Shown here piece after piece: positions 8,542 to 18,339 of a stretch of 64,000 nt of DNA. The notes beneath the pieces were generated by a model. The model saw only the letters and a program-made list of their open reading frames with translations, searched no databases and was not told where the DNA came from. The stretch is from Anaerolineales bacterium (GTDB lineage Bacteria > Chloroflexota > Anaerolineae > Anaerolineales > UBA11579), in the NCBI GenBank assembly GCA_026129305.1, contig JAHCII010000001.1:90270-154269 (forward strand), in the 5' to 3' direction. The position numbers and the translations under genes are program-made. Within the stretch, counting starts at the first letter, position 1. Each line of letters opens with the position of its first letter.

Positions 8542-9555
8542 ATGCTTACTGTGAAGCGTTGGCAATTCTGGCTCGGCTTGGCCATCAGCGCCTTTTTTCT
8601 GTGGCTGGTGCTGCGCGACCTGCATTTGGATGACTTCATGGCGCAGGTGCAGTCCGCCAACTACTGGTGGCTGCTGCCGGGCGTGGGCGTTTATCTGCTG
8701 GCGGTGTGGGCGCGCGCCTGGCGCTGGCACTATCTGCTGCGCCCGCTGAAGGCCGTGCCCACCGCGACCATGTTCCCCATTGTAGCCATCGGCTACATGG
8801 GCAACAACATCTATCCGGCCCGGGCCGGCGAGATCCTGCGCGCCGTGGTGCTCAAGCGCCGCGAGGGCGTGCCCGTCTCGGCCTCGTTGGCCACCATTAT
8901 TGTCGAACGCATCTTCGACGGCGTGGTCATGCTGGCCTTCATCTTCGTCAATCTGGGCGAACTGGCCGAACTGGGCGGGGCCGGCAGCCTGCTGGGCGGC
9001 CTCAACATTCAGCAAATTGCCTTTTGGGGCAGCCTGGTCTTCTTCGGCGCGCTGCTGGTCTTCCTGCTGGCCGCCATGTTTCCCGCGGCCAGCCTGCGCC
9101 TGCTGGCCGCCCTGGCCCGCCTAGCTCCGGCCCGCTTGCGCCAGCAGCTGCTCTCCCTGGGCGAGCGCTTCTTGGGCGGCCTGGCCTCGCTGCGCTCCCC
9201 GCTGGAGATTCTGATGGTCTTCTTGACCTCAGTGGTCATCTGGCTGCTGGAGACGGGCAAATATTGGTTCGTGATGCACGCCTTCAACTTCGAGGTCAGT
9301 TTCTTCGCCCTGATGCTGATGAACGGCGTGGTTAACCTGGCCACCACCATCCCCTCGGCTCCTGGTTACATCGGCACCTTCGACGCGCCGGGCATCGCCG
9401 TGCTGGAGGCCTACGGCGTGCCAGCCGCGGTGGCCAGCAGCTACACCTTCGTCCTGCACATCGCCCTGTGGCTGCCCATCACTCTGCTGGGCGCCTACTA
9501 CCTGGCCCGTGAGGGCATCCGCTGGGGCGAAGTGCCCGCCGAGGAGCCGGCATGA
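8542..9555 (+). CDS. UPF0104 / lysylphosphatidylglycerol-synthase-TM-like (flippase-like) membrane protein
   Basis: ATG at 8542 ('MLTVKRWQFWLGLAISAFFLWLVL...'). 'ARAWRWHYLLRP' motif and multiple TM helices. The listed ORF start at 8428 is probably too far upstream. Confidence 0.7.
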   Translation: MLTVKRWQFWLGLAISAFFLWLVLRDLHLDDFMAQVQSANYWWLLPGVGVYLLAVWARAWRWHYLLRPLKAVPTATMFPIVAIGYMGNNIYPARAGEILRAVVLKRREGVPVSASLATIIVERIFDGVVMLAFIFVNLGELAELGGAGSLLGGLNIQQIAFWGSLVFFGALLVFLLAAMFPAASLRLLAALARLAPARLRQQLLSLGERFLGGLASLRSPLEILMVFLTSVVIWLLETGKYWFVMHAFNFEVSFFALMLMNGVVNLATTIPSAPGYIGTFDAPGIAVLEAYGVPAAVASSYTFVLHIALWLPITLLGAYYLAREGIRWGEVPAEEPA

Positions 9556-10859
9556 AGATCGCTATCATCGGGGCCGGCTTCGGCGGTATGGCTGCGGCCT
9601 ACGACTTGCGCCGCGCCGGGCATGCGGTCACCATCTACGAAGCCGCCGAGCAGGCCGGCGGGCTGGCGGCGGGCTTCAAGCAGCCAGGCTGGGACTGGTG
9701 GGTGGACAAGTTCTATCACCACTGGTTCGCCTCAGACAAACACATGCTGGGCCTGATCGAAGAATTGGGCTGGAGCGACCAAGTGCTCTTCCCGCGGCCC
9801 TACACGGTCATGTATCACCAAGGGCGTGATGACGATGGGCGCTTTTACCCTTTCGACTCGATCCTGGCCGCGCTGCTCTACCCCGGCCTGGGCTGGGGGC
9901 TGGACAAGATCCGCTTCGGCCTGGTCGGTCTGTACCTGCGCCTGAGCAGCAATTGGCGGCCGCTGGAAAAAACCACCGTGGACGCCTGGATGCGCAAGTG
10001 GGCCGGGGATCGCGTGTATGAGCGCATGTGGCTGCCGTTGGTGCAGGGCAAGTTCGGCCCCTATGCCAAAGATGTGAACATGGCCTGGTTGTGGGCTCGC
10101 CTGCACGCCCGCACCACCCGATTAGGCACTTTCGAGGGCGGTTTCCAAGCCTTCGCCGACCAGTTCGCCGCCCACCTGAGCGAGATGGGTGTGCGCATCC
10201 TCTTCAATGCCCGCGCCGAGCGCATCGCCACTGCGGCGGGCGGCGGCCTGACCCTGACGGTGAACAGCGCCGAGCAGCACTTCGACCAGGCGTTGGTAAC
10301 CACTTCGCCAGGGCTGCTGGCCAAGCTGGCTCCGCAGCTGCCCGAAGACTATCTGCGCGGCTTGCTGGGCCTGCACAGCATGGGCGCGGTGGTGATGACC
10401 CTGGCGCTGGACCGCCAGCTATCGGCAGAGGGCTATTACTGGTACAACATCCCCAAGAGCGCTGGTTTCCCCTTCCTGGCGCTGGTGGAGCACACCAACT
10501 TCGTGCCCGCCGAGCATTTTGGCGGCGACCACATCATTTACTGCGGCGATTATCTGGAAGTGGGCCACGAATATTTCTCGCTGAGCGAAGAGGAACTGCT
10601 GGAGCGCTTCATCCCCGGCATCCAGCGCGTCAACCCCGACTTCCGCCGCGAGTGGGTCAAAGGCGTCTGGGTGCACAAGACCCACTACGCCCAGCCGGTG
10701 CCTCTGGTCGACCACTCGGCCAACATCCCGGACATCCGCACCCCGCTGCCGGGGCTGTACTTCGCCAGCATGTCACAGGTCTACCCTTGGGACCGCGGCA
10801 CCAACTTCGCCGTGGAGATCGGCCGCAAGGCGGCCGGGATCATGGGGCAGCAGGTCTGA
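9552..10859 (+). CDS. NAD(P)/FAD-dependent oxidoreductase (phytoene-desaturase / amine-oxidase-like)
   Basis: Dinucleotide-binding 'MKIAIIGAGFGGMAAAYDL...YEAAEQAGG'. ATGA overlap with the upstream gene at 9552-9555. Confidence 0.8.
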   Translation: MKIAIIGAGFGGMAAAYDLRRAGHAVTIYEAAEQAGGLAAGFKQPGWDWWVDKFYHHWFASDKHMLGLIEELGWSDQVLFPRPYTVMYHQGRDDDGRFYPFDSILAALLYPGLGWGLDKIRFGLVGLYLRLSSNWRPLEKTTVDAWMRKWAGDRVYERMWLPLVQGKFGPYAKDVNMAWLWARLHARTTRLGTFEGGFQAFADQFAAHLSEMGVRILFNARAERIATAAGGGLTLTVNSAEQHFDQALVTTSPGLLAKLAPQLPEDYLRGLLGLHSMGAVVMTLALDRQLSAEGYYWYNIPKSAGFPFLALVEHTNFVPAEHFGGDHIIYCGDYLEVGHEYFSLSEEELLERFIPGIQRVNPDFRREWVKGVWVHKTHYAQPVPLVDHSANIPDIRTPLPGLYFASMSQVYPWDRGTNFAVEIGRKAAGIMGQQV

Positions 10860-10918
10860 CCATCAGGCAACCCACTTAGTGTAAAATTTTGCTAACCAAC
10901 TTGGTTCAGGGAGAAGAA

Positions 10919-11635
10919 ATGGCAAATAGACTGTATAAGCTGGAAATGCCAGAAGAATTCGAGCAGGCATTCTCAGATCCTGACCATAATTTGGCTGGTA
11001 AGACGAATTGGAACGATCAGGATTTGGTAGCAGTGCCGAAGGCAATAAAAGAGCTTGTTAATACTAGACACTTAAATCTAAACAACAATAGGCTAGCAGA
11101 ACTTCCACCAGAGATCGGAACCCTTAAGAAATTATCCTTTTTAGATTTAACTATGAATTGTTTGTCAGACCTCCCTGGGGAGTTTCGAAACTTACAAGAA
11201 CTCGACTACCTTTTGCTCTCGCATAATAGATTTCAGGCAATTCCAAAGGAAATATTTGCTCTCGATAATCTAGGTCACCTCGATTTGTCTAACAACTATC
11301 TAACCCAGATACCTGACGAAATAGTAAAACTGAAAAACTTAATAAGTTTGAATTTATCAAATAACCAGATACGAAACCTTCCAGAGCGCTTAGCAGAACT
11401 TAAGCTCTTTCATCTAGACGTAAGTAACAATTTGCTCACCAGCCTGCCGTTTGATGAGACTTGGTTGGATATGAACGGTTTCCAACACTCGGATGGCTCG
11501 ACTGGTCCGACGTATGAACATCTTATATTTTATGGAAATCCATTGTTACCGGTTCCTCCAGAGGCATTTAACATGGGCGAAGAAGGTGACTTCACTATAG
11601 GTTGGGTCTCTTACTTCCAGAAGCTAAAGCAGTGA
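10919..11635 (+). CDS. Leucine-rich repeat (LRR) protein, low-GC gene
   Basis: Six consecutive 23-residue repeats of the form LxxLxLxxNxLxxLPxEIxxL ('LNLNNNRLAELPPEIGT', 'LDLSNNYLTQIPDEIVK', and others). ATG at 10919 with GGGAG 5 nt upstream. The lines I counted are 33-45% GC, against 68% in the flank at 10801-10860. Confidence 0.85.
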   Translation: MANRLYKLEMPEEFEQAFSDPDHNLAGKTNWNDQDLVAVPKAIKELVNTRHLNLNNNRLAELPPEIGTLKKLSFLDLTMNCLSDLPGEFRNLQELDYLLLSHNRFQAIPKEIFALDNLGHLDLSNNYLTQIPDEIVKLKNLISLNLSNNQIRNLPERLAELKLFHLDVSNNLLTSLPFDETWLDMNGFQHSDGSTGPTYEHLIFYGNPLLPVPPEAFNMGEEGDFTIGWVSYFQKLKQ

Positions 11636-11701
11636 TTGTTTAGGCAACTATCCCAACTGCGGATAGCGCTTCAGATTGTACATATCCTGCCTAACGGCGT
11701 T

Positions 11702-12190
11702 TCACCGCTCAAACACCATCAAACTGAAATCAAAATCATTGCGCTCGCTGGCGGCGAAGTCCTGCTGCGAGACCAGCCGCCATTCCTGCTCGTCGAAGGC
11801 GGGGAAGAATGTGTCGGCTTCCACCTCGGCGTGGACGCGGGTGAGATACAGGCGGGCAGCCAGCGGCAGCGCCGCGGCGAAAATCTGCCCGCCGCCGATG
11901 ATGAAGAGCTCCTCCTCGCCGGCGGCCGCGGCCAGCCGGATGCCTGCGTCCAGCGAGCCGGCTACCTGGGCATCCGCCGGCTGGAAATCCGGGTCGCGCG
12001 AGAGCACGATGAGTTGCCGACCCGGTAGCTTGCCGGCGGTGGCTTCGTAAGTCACTCGCCCCATCAGCACATGATGGCCCATGGTCAGGCGGCGGAAATG
12101 GCGCAGGTCATCGCCCAGGTGCCAGGGCATACCGCCGCGCAGGCCAATGCCGCCGCGGCGGTCCATGGCGACCACCAGGGAAATGCGCAT
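11702..12190 (-). CDS. folA: Dihydrofolate reductase
   Basis: 'ISLVVAMDRRGGIGLRGGMPWHL..DLRHFRRLT' and a 'FIIGGGQIF' motif. Its start abuts the thyA stop. Confidence 0.9.
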   Translation of the reverse strand: MRISLVVAMDRRGGIGLRGGMPWHLGDDLRHFRRLTMGHHVLMGRVTYEATAGKLPGRQLIVLSRDPDFQPADAQVAGSLDAGIRLAAAAGEEELFIIGGGQIFAAALPLAARLYLTRVHAEVEADTFFPAFDEQEWRLVSQQDFAASERNDFDFSLMVFER

Positions 12191-12985
12191 CTATACGGCC
12201 ACCGGCGCTTTGATGTGCGGATGGGCCTGGTAGTCCAGCAGGGTGAAGTCGCTGTAGTCGAAGTCGAAGATGGAGCGCACCGCCGGGTTCAGCTGCATAC
12301 GCGGCAGGGGATAAGCTTCTCGAGTCAATTGTAGGCGGGCTTGCTCAAAATGATTGCTGTACAAGTGGCAGTCGCCCAGGCTGATGATCAGCTCGCCGGG
12401 CGCCAAATGGCAGACTTGGGCCATCATCAAATTCAACAGAGCATAGGAGGCGATGTTGAAGGGCAGGCCAAGGAAGATGTCAGCGGAGCGCTGGTACATC
12501 TGACAAGAAAGTTTGCCTTCAGCCACATAGAACTGGAACAGCAGGTGGCAGGGTGGCAAGGCCATCTGCTCCAACTGGCCCACGTTCCAGGCGCTGACCA
12601 TTAGGCGCCGCGAGTTCGGGTTGCGGCGGATCTGCGCGACCACTTCGGCGATCTGGTCCACCGCGCCGCCATCCGCCGCCGGCCAGCTGCGCCACTGCAC
12701 GCCGTACACCGGGCCCAACTCGCCCTGCGCGTCGGCCCACTCGTCCCAAATGCGCACGCCGTTCTCTTTGAGGTAGGCAATGTTGCTCTCGCCGCGCAGG
12801 AACCAGAGCAATTCGTAAATGATCGATTTGAGGTGCAGTTTCTTGGTGGTCAGCAGGGGGAAGCCCGCCGCCAGATCGAAGCGCAGTTGGCGGCCAAAGA
12901 CGGAACGCGTGCCGGTGCCAGTGCGGTCGCCTTTTTCGGCTCCGTCCTCGAGTACTTCACGCATCAGGTCGAGGTAGCTTTGCAT
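12191..12985 (-). CDS. thyA: Thymidylate synthase
   Basis: '[26 protein letters not shown]', 'PPCH.LFQFYV', 264 aa. Confidence 0.95.
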   Translation of the reverse strand: MQSYLDLMREVLEDGAEKGDRTGTGTRSVFGRQLRFDLAAGFPLLTTKKLHLKSIIYELLWFLRGESNIAYLKENGVRIWDEWADAQGELGPVYGVQWRSWPAADGGAVDQIAEVVAQIRRNPNSRRLMVSAWNVGQLEQMALPPCHLLFQFYVAEGKLSCQMYQRSADIFLGLPFNIASYALLNLMMAQVCHLAPGELIISLGDCHLYSNHFEQARLQLTREAYPLPRMQLNPAVRSIFDFDYSDFTLLDYQAHPHIKAPVAV

Positions 12986-13087
12986 AGGTCTATACGATTA
13001 TACGGAATTTTCCATCTTCATGAATCTCTAAACGTCTTTGCGAAGCAGCCGCAAGCTGCTGAAGCAATCCCCGATTCGTTGTCGGAG

Positions 13088-13127
13088 ATTGCTTCGTCGT
13101 ACTTGCGTAGCAAGTACTCCTCGCAAT
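13088..13127. repeat. REP-like nested hairpin (ATTGC...GCAAT outer, TACTTGC/GCAAGTA inner)
   Basis: 'ATTGCTTCGTCGTACTTGCGTAGCAAGTACTCCTCGCAAT' in the thyA-ribF intergenic region. A second imperfect hairpin lies at about 13040-13072. Confidence 0.55.
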
Positions 13128-13133
13128 GACAGG

Positions 13134-14063
13134 TTAGTGGTTGGCCAGCAGCTCACGCGCCGCGGCGATGTCACGCTGGATCTGGGCCAGCAGCGTCTCC
13201 ACGCCCTCGAAGCGCTGCTCGGCGCGCAAGCGGGCCAGGAAATCCAGCTGCAGCTGCTGGCCGTAGAACTCACCGCCGGAATAGTCCAGCAAGTGCGCCT
13301 CGACCACCGGAGCCGGGGTGCCGTCTTCGAAGGTGGGGCGTAGGCCAATGTTGGTCACCGCGCCCCATGCCTGCTCACCCAGACGCGCCTGGGTCACATA
13401 CACCCCGTTGGCGGGCAGGGCCAGCTTGTCGTCCACCGCCACGTTGGCGGTGGGGATGCCGATGCCCCGGCCGCGCTGCGCGCCGGCGACCACTTCGCCC
13501 GCCAGGGCAAAGGGCCGGCCCAGCAGCCGGGCCGCTGCGGCCACATCGCCCTCGGCGATCAGGCCGCGGATGCGCGAGGACGACACCGGCGCGCCGTCCA
13601 GTTCCAAGGCGGGCACAGGGTGCAGGCTGAAGCCCAGTTCGGCGCCCAAAGTTTGCAGGGCAGCGAAGTCGCCTTCGCGGTTGCGCCCCAGGGCAAAGTC
13701 GTGCCCCACCCAAAGCTTTTCCAGGCCCAGGTGCCCTTTTAGCACCTGCACAAAATCACGGGCGCTGGTGGCCGCGGTTTCACGGGTGAAAGGGTGACGC
13801 ACCAATACATCCACGCCCAGGGCGGCCAACTGCTCGGCCTGCTGCTGCGGAGTATTCAAATAAAAACGGCTGCGCGGGCCGCGCAGCACTTCTTCAGGGT
13901 GGGGATCAAAGGTAAGCACAACTGCCGGGGCGTCCTTGGCGTGCGCTCCGGCAGTCAGTTGCTTGAGGATCTGCTGGTGACCCAGGTGCACGCCGTCAAA
14001 GGCGCCGATGGTCAGCCAGGCATTTTGGATATTGGCGGCTTGCAGCGAGGCGAAGTGCTGCAT
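13134..14063 (-). CDS. ribF: Bifunctional riboflavin kinase / FAD synthetase
   Basis: 'GAFDGVHLGHQ' nucleotidyltransferase motif and a C-terminal riboflavin kinase region 'GIPTAN...GVY', 309 aa. Confidence 0.9.
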   Translation of the reverse strand: MQHFASLQAANIQNAWLTIGAFDGVHLGHQQILKQLTAGAHAKDAPAVVLTFDPHPEEVLRGPRSRFYLNTPQQQAEQLAALGVDVLVRHPFTRETAATSARDFVQVLKGHLGLEKLWVGHDFALGRNREGDFAALQTLGAELGFSLHPVPALELDGAPVSSSRIRGLIAEGDVAAAARLLGRPFALAGEVVAGAQRGRGIGIPTANVAVDDKLALPANGVYVTQARLGEQAWGAVTNIGLRPTFEDGTPAPVVEAHLLDYSGGEFYGQQLQLDFLARLRAEQRFEGVETLLAQIQRDIAAARELLANH

Positions 14064-14072
14064 GCAGGCCTC

Positions 14073-15017
14073 CTAGGACATGAAGACTTTGCGCGGCTGC
14101 CACTCCGCGCCGTCCACTTCGATCACAGCGACCAAGTCGCCCTGCTCGCTGACAGCACGCGCCAGACCGGTGGCCTCGGCCGCGGCGGGAATGCGGTGAC
14201 CGTTGCGCACCTTCTCCAGCATCTCAGCGTCCAGCTCCACTGCCGGCCAGTCAGCCAAGGCTTCGGCCGCCGGGATCAGGTATTGCGCCCAGTTGCCGGT
14301 CTCAAAGGCTTCCCGCAGGCGGTGCAAAGAGACCGCGTCACGCAAGGTGAAGCGGCCGCTGCGCGTGCGGCGCAAGCCCACCAGGTGGGCGCCGGTGCCC
14401 AGTTTCTCGCCAATGTCGTTGGCCAGCGAGCGAATGTAAGTGCCAGACGAGCAGTGCACATCCACCACCACTTCGGGCAAAGCCCATTCCAGCAGTTCCA
14501 GGCTGTGCACCTGGATGATGCGCGGCGGCAGTTCCACATCTTCGCCGCGGCGGGCCATGTCGTAGGCTCGCTGGCCCTGCACGCGTACCGCCGAATAGGC
14601 CGGCGGGGTCTGCTCGATCTCGCCAGTAAATTGTTCCAGCAGCTTGGTGAACTCTTCGCGTTCGATGTCCACCGGCACTTCCGGGCTGGTGAAGGCGCCT
14701 TCCGCATCATAGGTGTCGGTGGAGGAGCCCAGACGGATGGTGGCCTGGTAGCGCTTGTCCTCTGCAGAGACAAACTCGCTCAAGCGCACCGCCGGGCCGA
14801 TCAGCACCACCAGCACGCCAGAGGCGCGCGGGTCCAGCGTGCCGGTGTGGCCGGCGCGGCGGATGCCGGTGCCGCGGCGGATGATCTGCACCACATCGTG
14901 CGAGGTCAGCCCAACGGGCTTATCCACCACCAGCACACCGGAAACCAGGTTACTCACATCATTTTGCCCCGGCTCCCCGCGGCCGCCCCCGGGAGTGTAC
15001 TGAAAGTTGTTTTGCAT
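14073..15017 (-). CDS. truB: tRNA pseudouridine(55) synthase
   Basis: 'GVLVVDKPVGLTSHDVV' and catalytic 'GHTGTLDP'. The exact start may lie a little downstream. Confidence 0.9.
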   Translation of the reverse strand: MQNNFQYTPGGGRGEPGQNDVSNLVSGVLVVDKPVGLTSHDVVQIIRRGTGIRRAGHTGTLDPRASGVLVVLIGPAVRLSEFVSAEDKRYQATIRLGSSTDTYDAEGAFTSPEVPVDIEREEFTKLLEQFTGEIEQTPPAYSAVRVQGQRAYDMARRGEDVELPPRIIQVHSLELLEWALPEVVVDVHCSSGTYIRSLANDIGEKLGTGAHLVGLRRTRSGRFTLRDAVSLHRLREAFETGNWAQYLIPAAEALADWPAVELDAEMLEKVRNGHRIPAAAEATGLARAVSEQGDLVAVIEVDGAEWQPRKVFMS

Positions 15018-15047
15018 CTAAAGGTCGTCCTTTATCCTTTATTGTTT

Positions 15048-16010
15048 TTATGCTGCGACGGCTTGCAAGGCCGCTCGAGTGGCTTGCAAGACTTGTTCCT
15101 GTACTTTCGCCAGGCTGCCGGAAAGATTGGCGCCAGCCGCGGCCATGTGGCCCCCGCCGCCAAACTGGGCAGCAATCCGCGAGACATCAATCGCTCCCCG
15201 GCTGCGCCAGCTCATCTTGACCTGGTTGTCATGCTGCTCCACAAAGAGCACCACCACCGCGGCCCCCTCGACAAAAGCGATGTTATTGACCAGCTCAGCG
15301 TCATCGTTGGCCGGGTAGCCCGCCGCCTGGCGGTCCGCCAGGGTCAGGCTGGCCCAGACCAGTTCGCCTTCGCGCTGCAAGCTGCTCAGCCCGGCGCCCC
15401 AGTAGCGCAAAGCTTCAAAAGAGCGGCGCAGCAAGGCGCGCTCGTACAGCTCCGGCAGGCCGGCGCCGCGCTCTACCAGATCGGCGGCAATGCGCAGAGC
15501 CTGGGGGTTCATGTTGGAGGTGTGGAAGCCGATCGTATCGGTGAGGATGCCGGTCAAGAGCGCTTCGGGCACGCCCGGGGCGAAGTCCAGCCCCAGGGCG
15601 GGCAAATGCTCGGCCAGCATGGCGCAGGTGGCCACGGAGTCCGGGTCGATCAGGTTTAGTTCGCCAAAGCGCGTATTGGTAATGTGGTGGTCAATATTCA
15701 GGTGTACCTGGGGGTGCTGGCGCAGGGCTTCGCCGGTGCGTTCCTGGGCGGCGGCGTCCACGGCCACCACCAAGTCCACCGTGCCTTGCGCGGCGCGGGC
15801 GATCTGCTCCACGCCGGGCAAATGGTCAAAGCCATCGGGCAGGCCGTCGCTCAGCACCATTTGCACTTGCTTGCCGGCGGCCTGCAAGGCCAGGCCCAGA
15901 CCCAACACAGAGCAAATCGCGTCGCCATCCGGGCGCACATGAGAAACGACCAGCAGGCTCTGCGCATCTTGCAGACGCTGGCGTGCCTGATCCAACAGTG
16001 ATCTATCCAT
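15048..16010 (-). CDS. nrnA: DHH/DHHA1 phosphoesterase (NrnA-like oligoribonuclease/pAp phosphatase)
   Basis: 'HVRPDGDAICS', 'IDHH', and C-terminal 'GGGHMAAAG' (DHHA1). Overlaps the rbfA stop by 8 nt. Confidence 0.8.
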   Translation of the reverse strand: MDRSLLDQARQRLQDAQSLLVVSHVRPDGDAICSVLGLGLALQAAGKQVQMVLSDGLPDGFDHLPGVEQIARAAQGTVDLVVAVDAAAQERTGEALRQHPQVHLNIDHHITNTRFGELNLIDPDSVATCAMLAEHLPALGLDFAPGVPEALLTGILTDTIGFHTSNMNPQALRIAADLVERGAGLPELYERALLRRSFEALRYWGAGLSSLQREGELVWASLTLADRQAAGYPANDDAELVNNIAFVEGAAVVVLFVEQHDNQVKMSWRSRGAIDVSRIAAQFGGGGHMAAAGANLSGSLAKVQEQVLQATRAALQAVAA

Positions 16011-16371
16011 TCTTGTCCGTGTCGTTATCCTTGTTGAGGGTGGCGATCAAGCTCTCAATGCGCTCTGCGTTTTCGGGCGTAGGGTCCCAGACAAAGCGCA
16101 GGCGTGGGAAGACGCGCAGATCGCTGCGCTTGGCCAGCTGCGTGCGCAGGAAACCGGAGGCGTGCTGCAAGCCAGCCAAAATCTCCTGGCTGCGCTCCAC
16201 GCCTTCCAGGGCAGAAACGAAGACATTGGCCTGGCTGAGCTCGCGATCCACACGCACATCCGTGATGAACACGCCCTGCAGGCGCGGGTCAGTTACCTCG
16301 AAGAGCAACATCTCCGCGAGCATTTCCTGAATCCCTTTGGCAATTCGAGCAGCTCGAGATTGTGAGACCAT
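16003..16371 (-). CDS. rbfA: Ribosome-binding factor A
   Basis: 122 aa, 'RIAKGIQEMLAEMLLFEVTDPRL..VFITDVRVDRELSQANVFVS'. Confidence 0.9.
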   Translation of the reverse strand: MVSQSRAARIAKGIQEMLAEMLLFEVTDPRLQGVFITDVRVDRELSQANVFVSALEGVERSQEILAGLQHASGFLRTQLAKRSDLRVFPRLRFVWDPTPENAERIESLIATLNKDNDTDKNG

Positions 16372-16411
16372 GGCAACCCTGTAATGACTAAACGAGCCGC
16401 GTCAAAAGCCG

Positions 16412-18229
16412 TTACTGCACGGCAACCAGTTCACGAATGTAGCACTGGATGATGTCACCCTCTTTGAAGTCATCGAATTCTTTAAGATTAATGCCGCAGT
16501 CAAACCCCTCACGCACTTCTTTGACATCGTCCTTTTCGTGTTTGAGGGAGGAGAGTTCGCCATCGAAGATAACCTTATCGTCGCGCACGATGCGCACCAG
16601 GGCCCCACGGCGCAGTTCACCTTCGGTCACGCGACAGCCGGCGATCTTGCCGAAACGGCTGATCTTGAAGACCTGCTGCACCAGGGCCTTGCCCAACAAG
16701 CGCTCCTTGAGCTCCGGCTCCAGCATGCCCTTCAACGCCATTTCCACGTCTTCGGTCATGCGGTAGATGATGTCATAGAGGCGGATGGAGACGCCTTCGG
16801 CTTCAGCCTGGCGCTTCACCGCCGCATCAGCTTCTACATTGAAGCCCATCACGATCGCCTTGGAGGCGGCCGCCAGGGCCACATCGCTCTCGCTGATATG
16901 GCCGGTGCCGGTGTGCAGCACGTGCACGCCGATCTGGCCGACTTTGTCATCCGCCTTCATTTGCTCCAGCGAGGACACGATCGGCTCCAGGGAGCCTTGC
17001 ACGTCAGCCTTGATCACCAAGCGCAGTTCGCGCACTTTGCCCGCCTGGTAGGCGGCAAACATGCTCTCCAGGGTCAGCGAACCGCCGGCCTGGCCTTTGT
17101 CCTGCTTCTCTTTCTCGGCACGTTCGCTCACCAGGGCACGCGCCTCGCGCTCAGCCTCTACGGTGCGGAAGGGTTCGCCCGCCGCGGGGACCTCATTCAG
17201 GCCCAACACGGAGATCGGCGTAGACGGACCGGCTTCTTCCAGCTTTTGGCCGGCGAAGTCAAACATGGCGCGCAGGCGGCCATAGGCCTGGCCCACCACC
17301 ACAATATCGCCCAGTTTGAGGGTGCCGTTTTGCACCAGCAACGTGGCGATCACACCGCGCGAGGGGTCACGCTCGGATTCGATCACGGTGCCGAAGACCT
17401 CGCCAGCGGGGTTGGCCAAAATCTCGGTATTGTCGGCCACCAGTTGGATGGCTTCCAGCAGGTCCTGCAGGCCAACCTTCTCCTTGGCGGAGACGGGCAC
17501 CACGATCGTGTCGCCGTCCCAATCGTCAGGGACCAGCCCATTCTCGGCCAGCTGCTGCTTGACGCGTTCCGCGTTGGCATTCGGCCGGTCGATTTTGGTC
17601 ATGGCCACCACGATCGGCACACGTGCGGCGCGTGCATGCGCCAGCGCCTCTTTGGTCTGGGGCATCACGCCGTCATCGGCGGCCACCACCAGCACCACCA
17701 CGTCGGCGCCCTGGGCGCCGCGTGAGCGCATGGCAGTAAAGGCGGCATGACCCGGTGTATCCAAGAACGTGATCAGGCGGTCTTTATGGGTCGCCTGGTA
17801 AGCGCCAATATGCTGGGTAATGCCGCCAGCTTCCTGGCTGACCACGGAGGTTTGGCGGATGGCATCCAGCAGAGTGGTTTTACCGTGGTCAACGTGGCCC
17901 AAAATAGTGACCACCGGTGCGCGCGGCTTCAGGCTGCTCTTGTCTTCGCTGGCGATCAGTTGGCGCCACAGGGGCACTTCGCCCGTATTGTCCTGGCCCT
18001 CCAGCTGGTCCAACTGCTGCATTGTGGCCTCAAAGCCCAGCTCCGAAGCCACAATCGCCGCGGTGTCGAAATCGATCTGCTGGTTGATATTGGCCATCAC
18101 ACCATTGGACATGAGGGTCTTGATGATCTGAATGGGACTGGCTTGCAGAGTATCAGCCAATTCGCGTACCGTCAGGCTGCCCGGCAATTCAATCGTCTTT
18201 ATTTCTTTGTCAGTAAGGTTCTCAGCCAT
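16412..18229 (-). CDS. infB: Translation initiation factor IF-2 (short N-terminus)
   Basis: G-domain '[12 protein letters not shown]', 'DTPGH' and 'MTKIDR', followed by IF-2 domains II-IV. 605 aa. Confidence 0.95.
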   Translation of the reverse strand: MAENLTDKEIKTIELPGSLTVRELADTLQASPIQIIKTLMSNGVMANINQQIDFDTAAIVASELGFEATMQQLDQLEGQDNTGEVPLWRQLIASEDKSSLKPRAPVVTILGHVDHGKTTLLDAIRQTSVVSQEAGGITQHIGAYQATHKDRLITFLDTPGHAAFTAMRSRGAQGADVVVLVVAADDGVMPQTKEALAHARAARVPIVVAMTKIDRPNANAERVKQQLAENGLVPDDWDGDTIVVPVSAKEKVGLQDLLEAIQLVADNTEILANPAGEVFGTVIESERDPSRGVIATLLVQNGTLKLGDIVVVGQAYGRLRAMFDFAGQKLEEAGPSTPISVLGLNEVPAAGEPFRTVEAEREARALVSERAEKEKQDKGQAGGSLTLESMFAAYQAGKVRELRLVIKADVQGSLEPIVSSLEQMKADDKVGQIGVHVLHTGTGHISESDVALAAASKAIVMGFNVEADAAVKRQAEAEGVSIRLYDIIYRMTEDVEMALKGMLEPELKERLLGKALVQQVFKISRFGKIAGCRVTEGELRRGALVRIVRDDKVIFDGELSSLKHEKDDVKEVREGFDCGINLKEFDDFKEGDIIQCYIRELVAVQ

Positions 18230-18339
18230 AAAACACCAATCCTTCTCCCCTGATCCCCTAAGCTAAGATTTTACCAAGCTTGGTTTGGAACCGAGGGCAG
18301 GTTCATACAAAAAATGCGACATAAGAGCAGCAAGGGCTC

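Noticed and set aside
10866-11660. Possible direct repeats flanking the LRR gene (AGGCAACCCACTT at about 10866 versus AGGCAACTATCCCAACT at about 11643)
   Set aside because: Only a 7-nt exact match (AGGCAAC) plus scattered identities. That is too short and degenerate to call a target-site duplication or att site without statistics.
13794-15659. 621-aa ORF on the + strand
   Set aside because: It lies entirely antisense to ribF, truB and nrnA, which have clear catalytic motifs. Its translation is Ala/Gly/Arg/Leu-rich with low complexity, typical of shadow ORFs in high-GC DNA.
18230-18339. Possible ylxQ (L7Ae-like) gene or regulatory RNA between ylxR and infB
   Set aside because: The gap is only 110 nt, too short for the protein. 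It contains a modest hairpin (AAGAGC/GCTCTT, about 18322-18339) but nothing I can assign.
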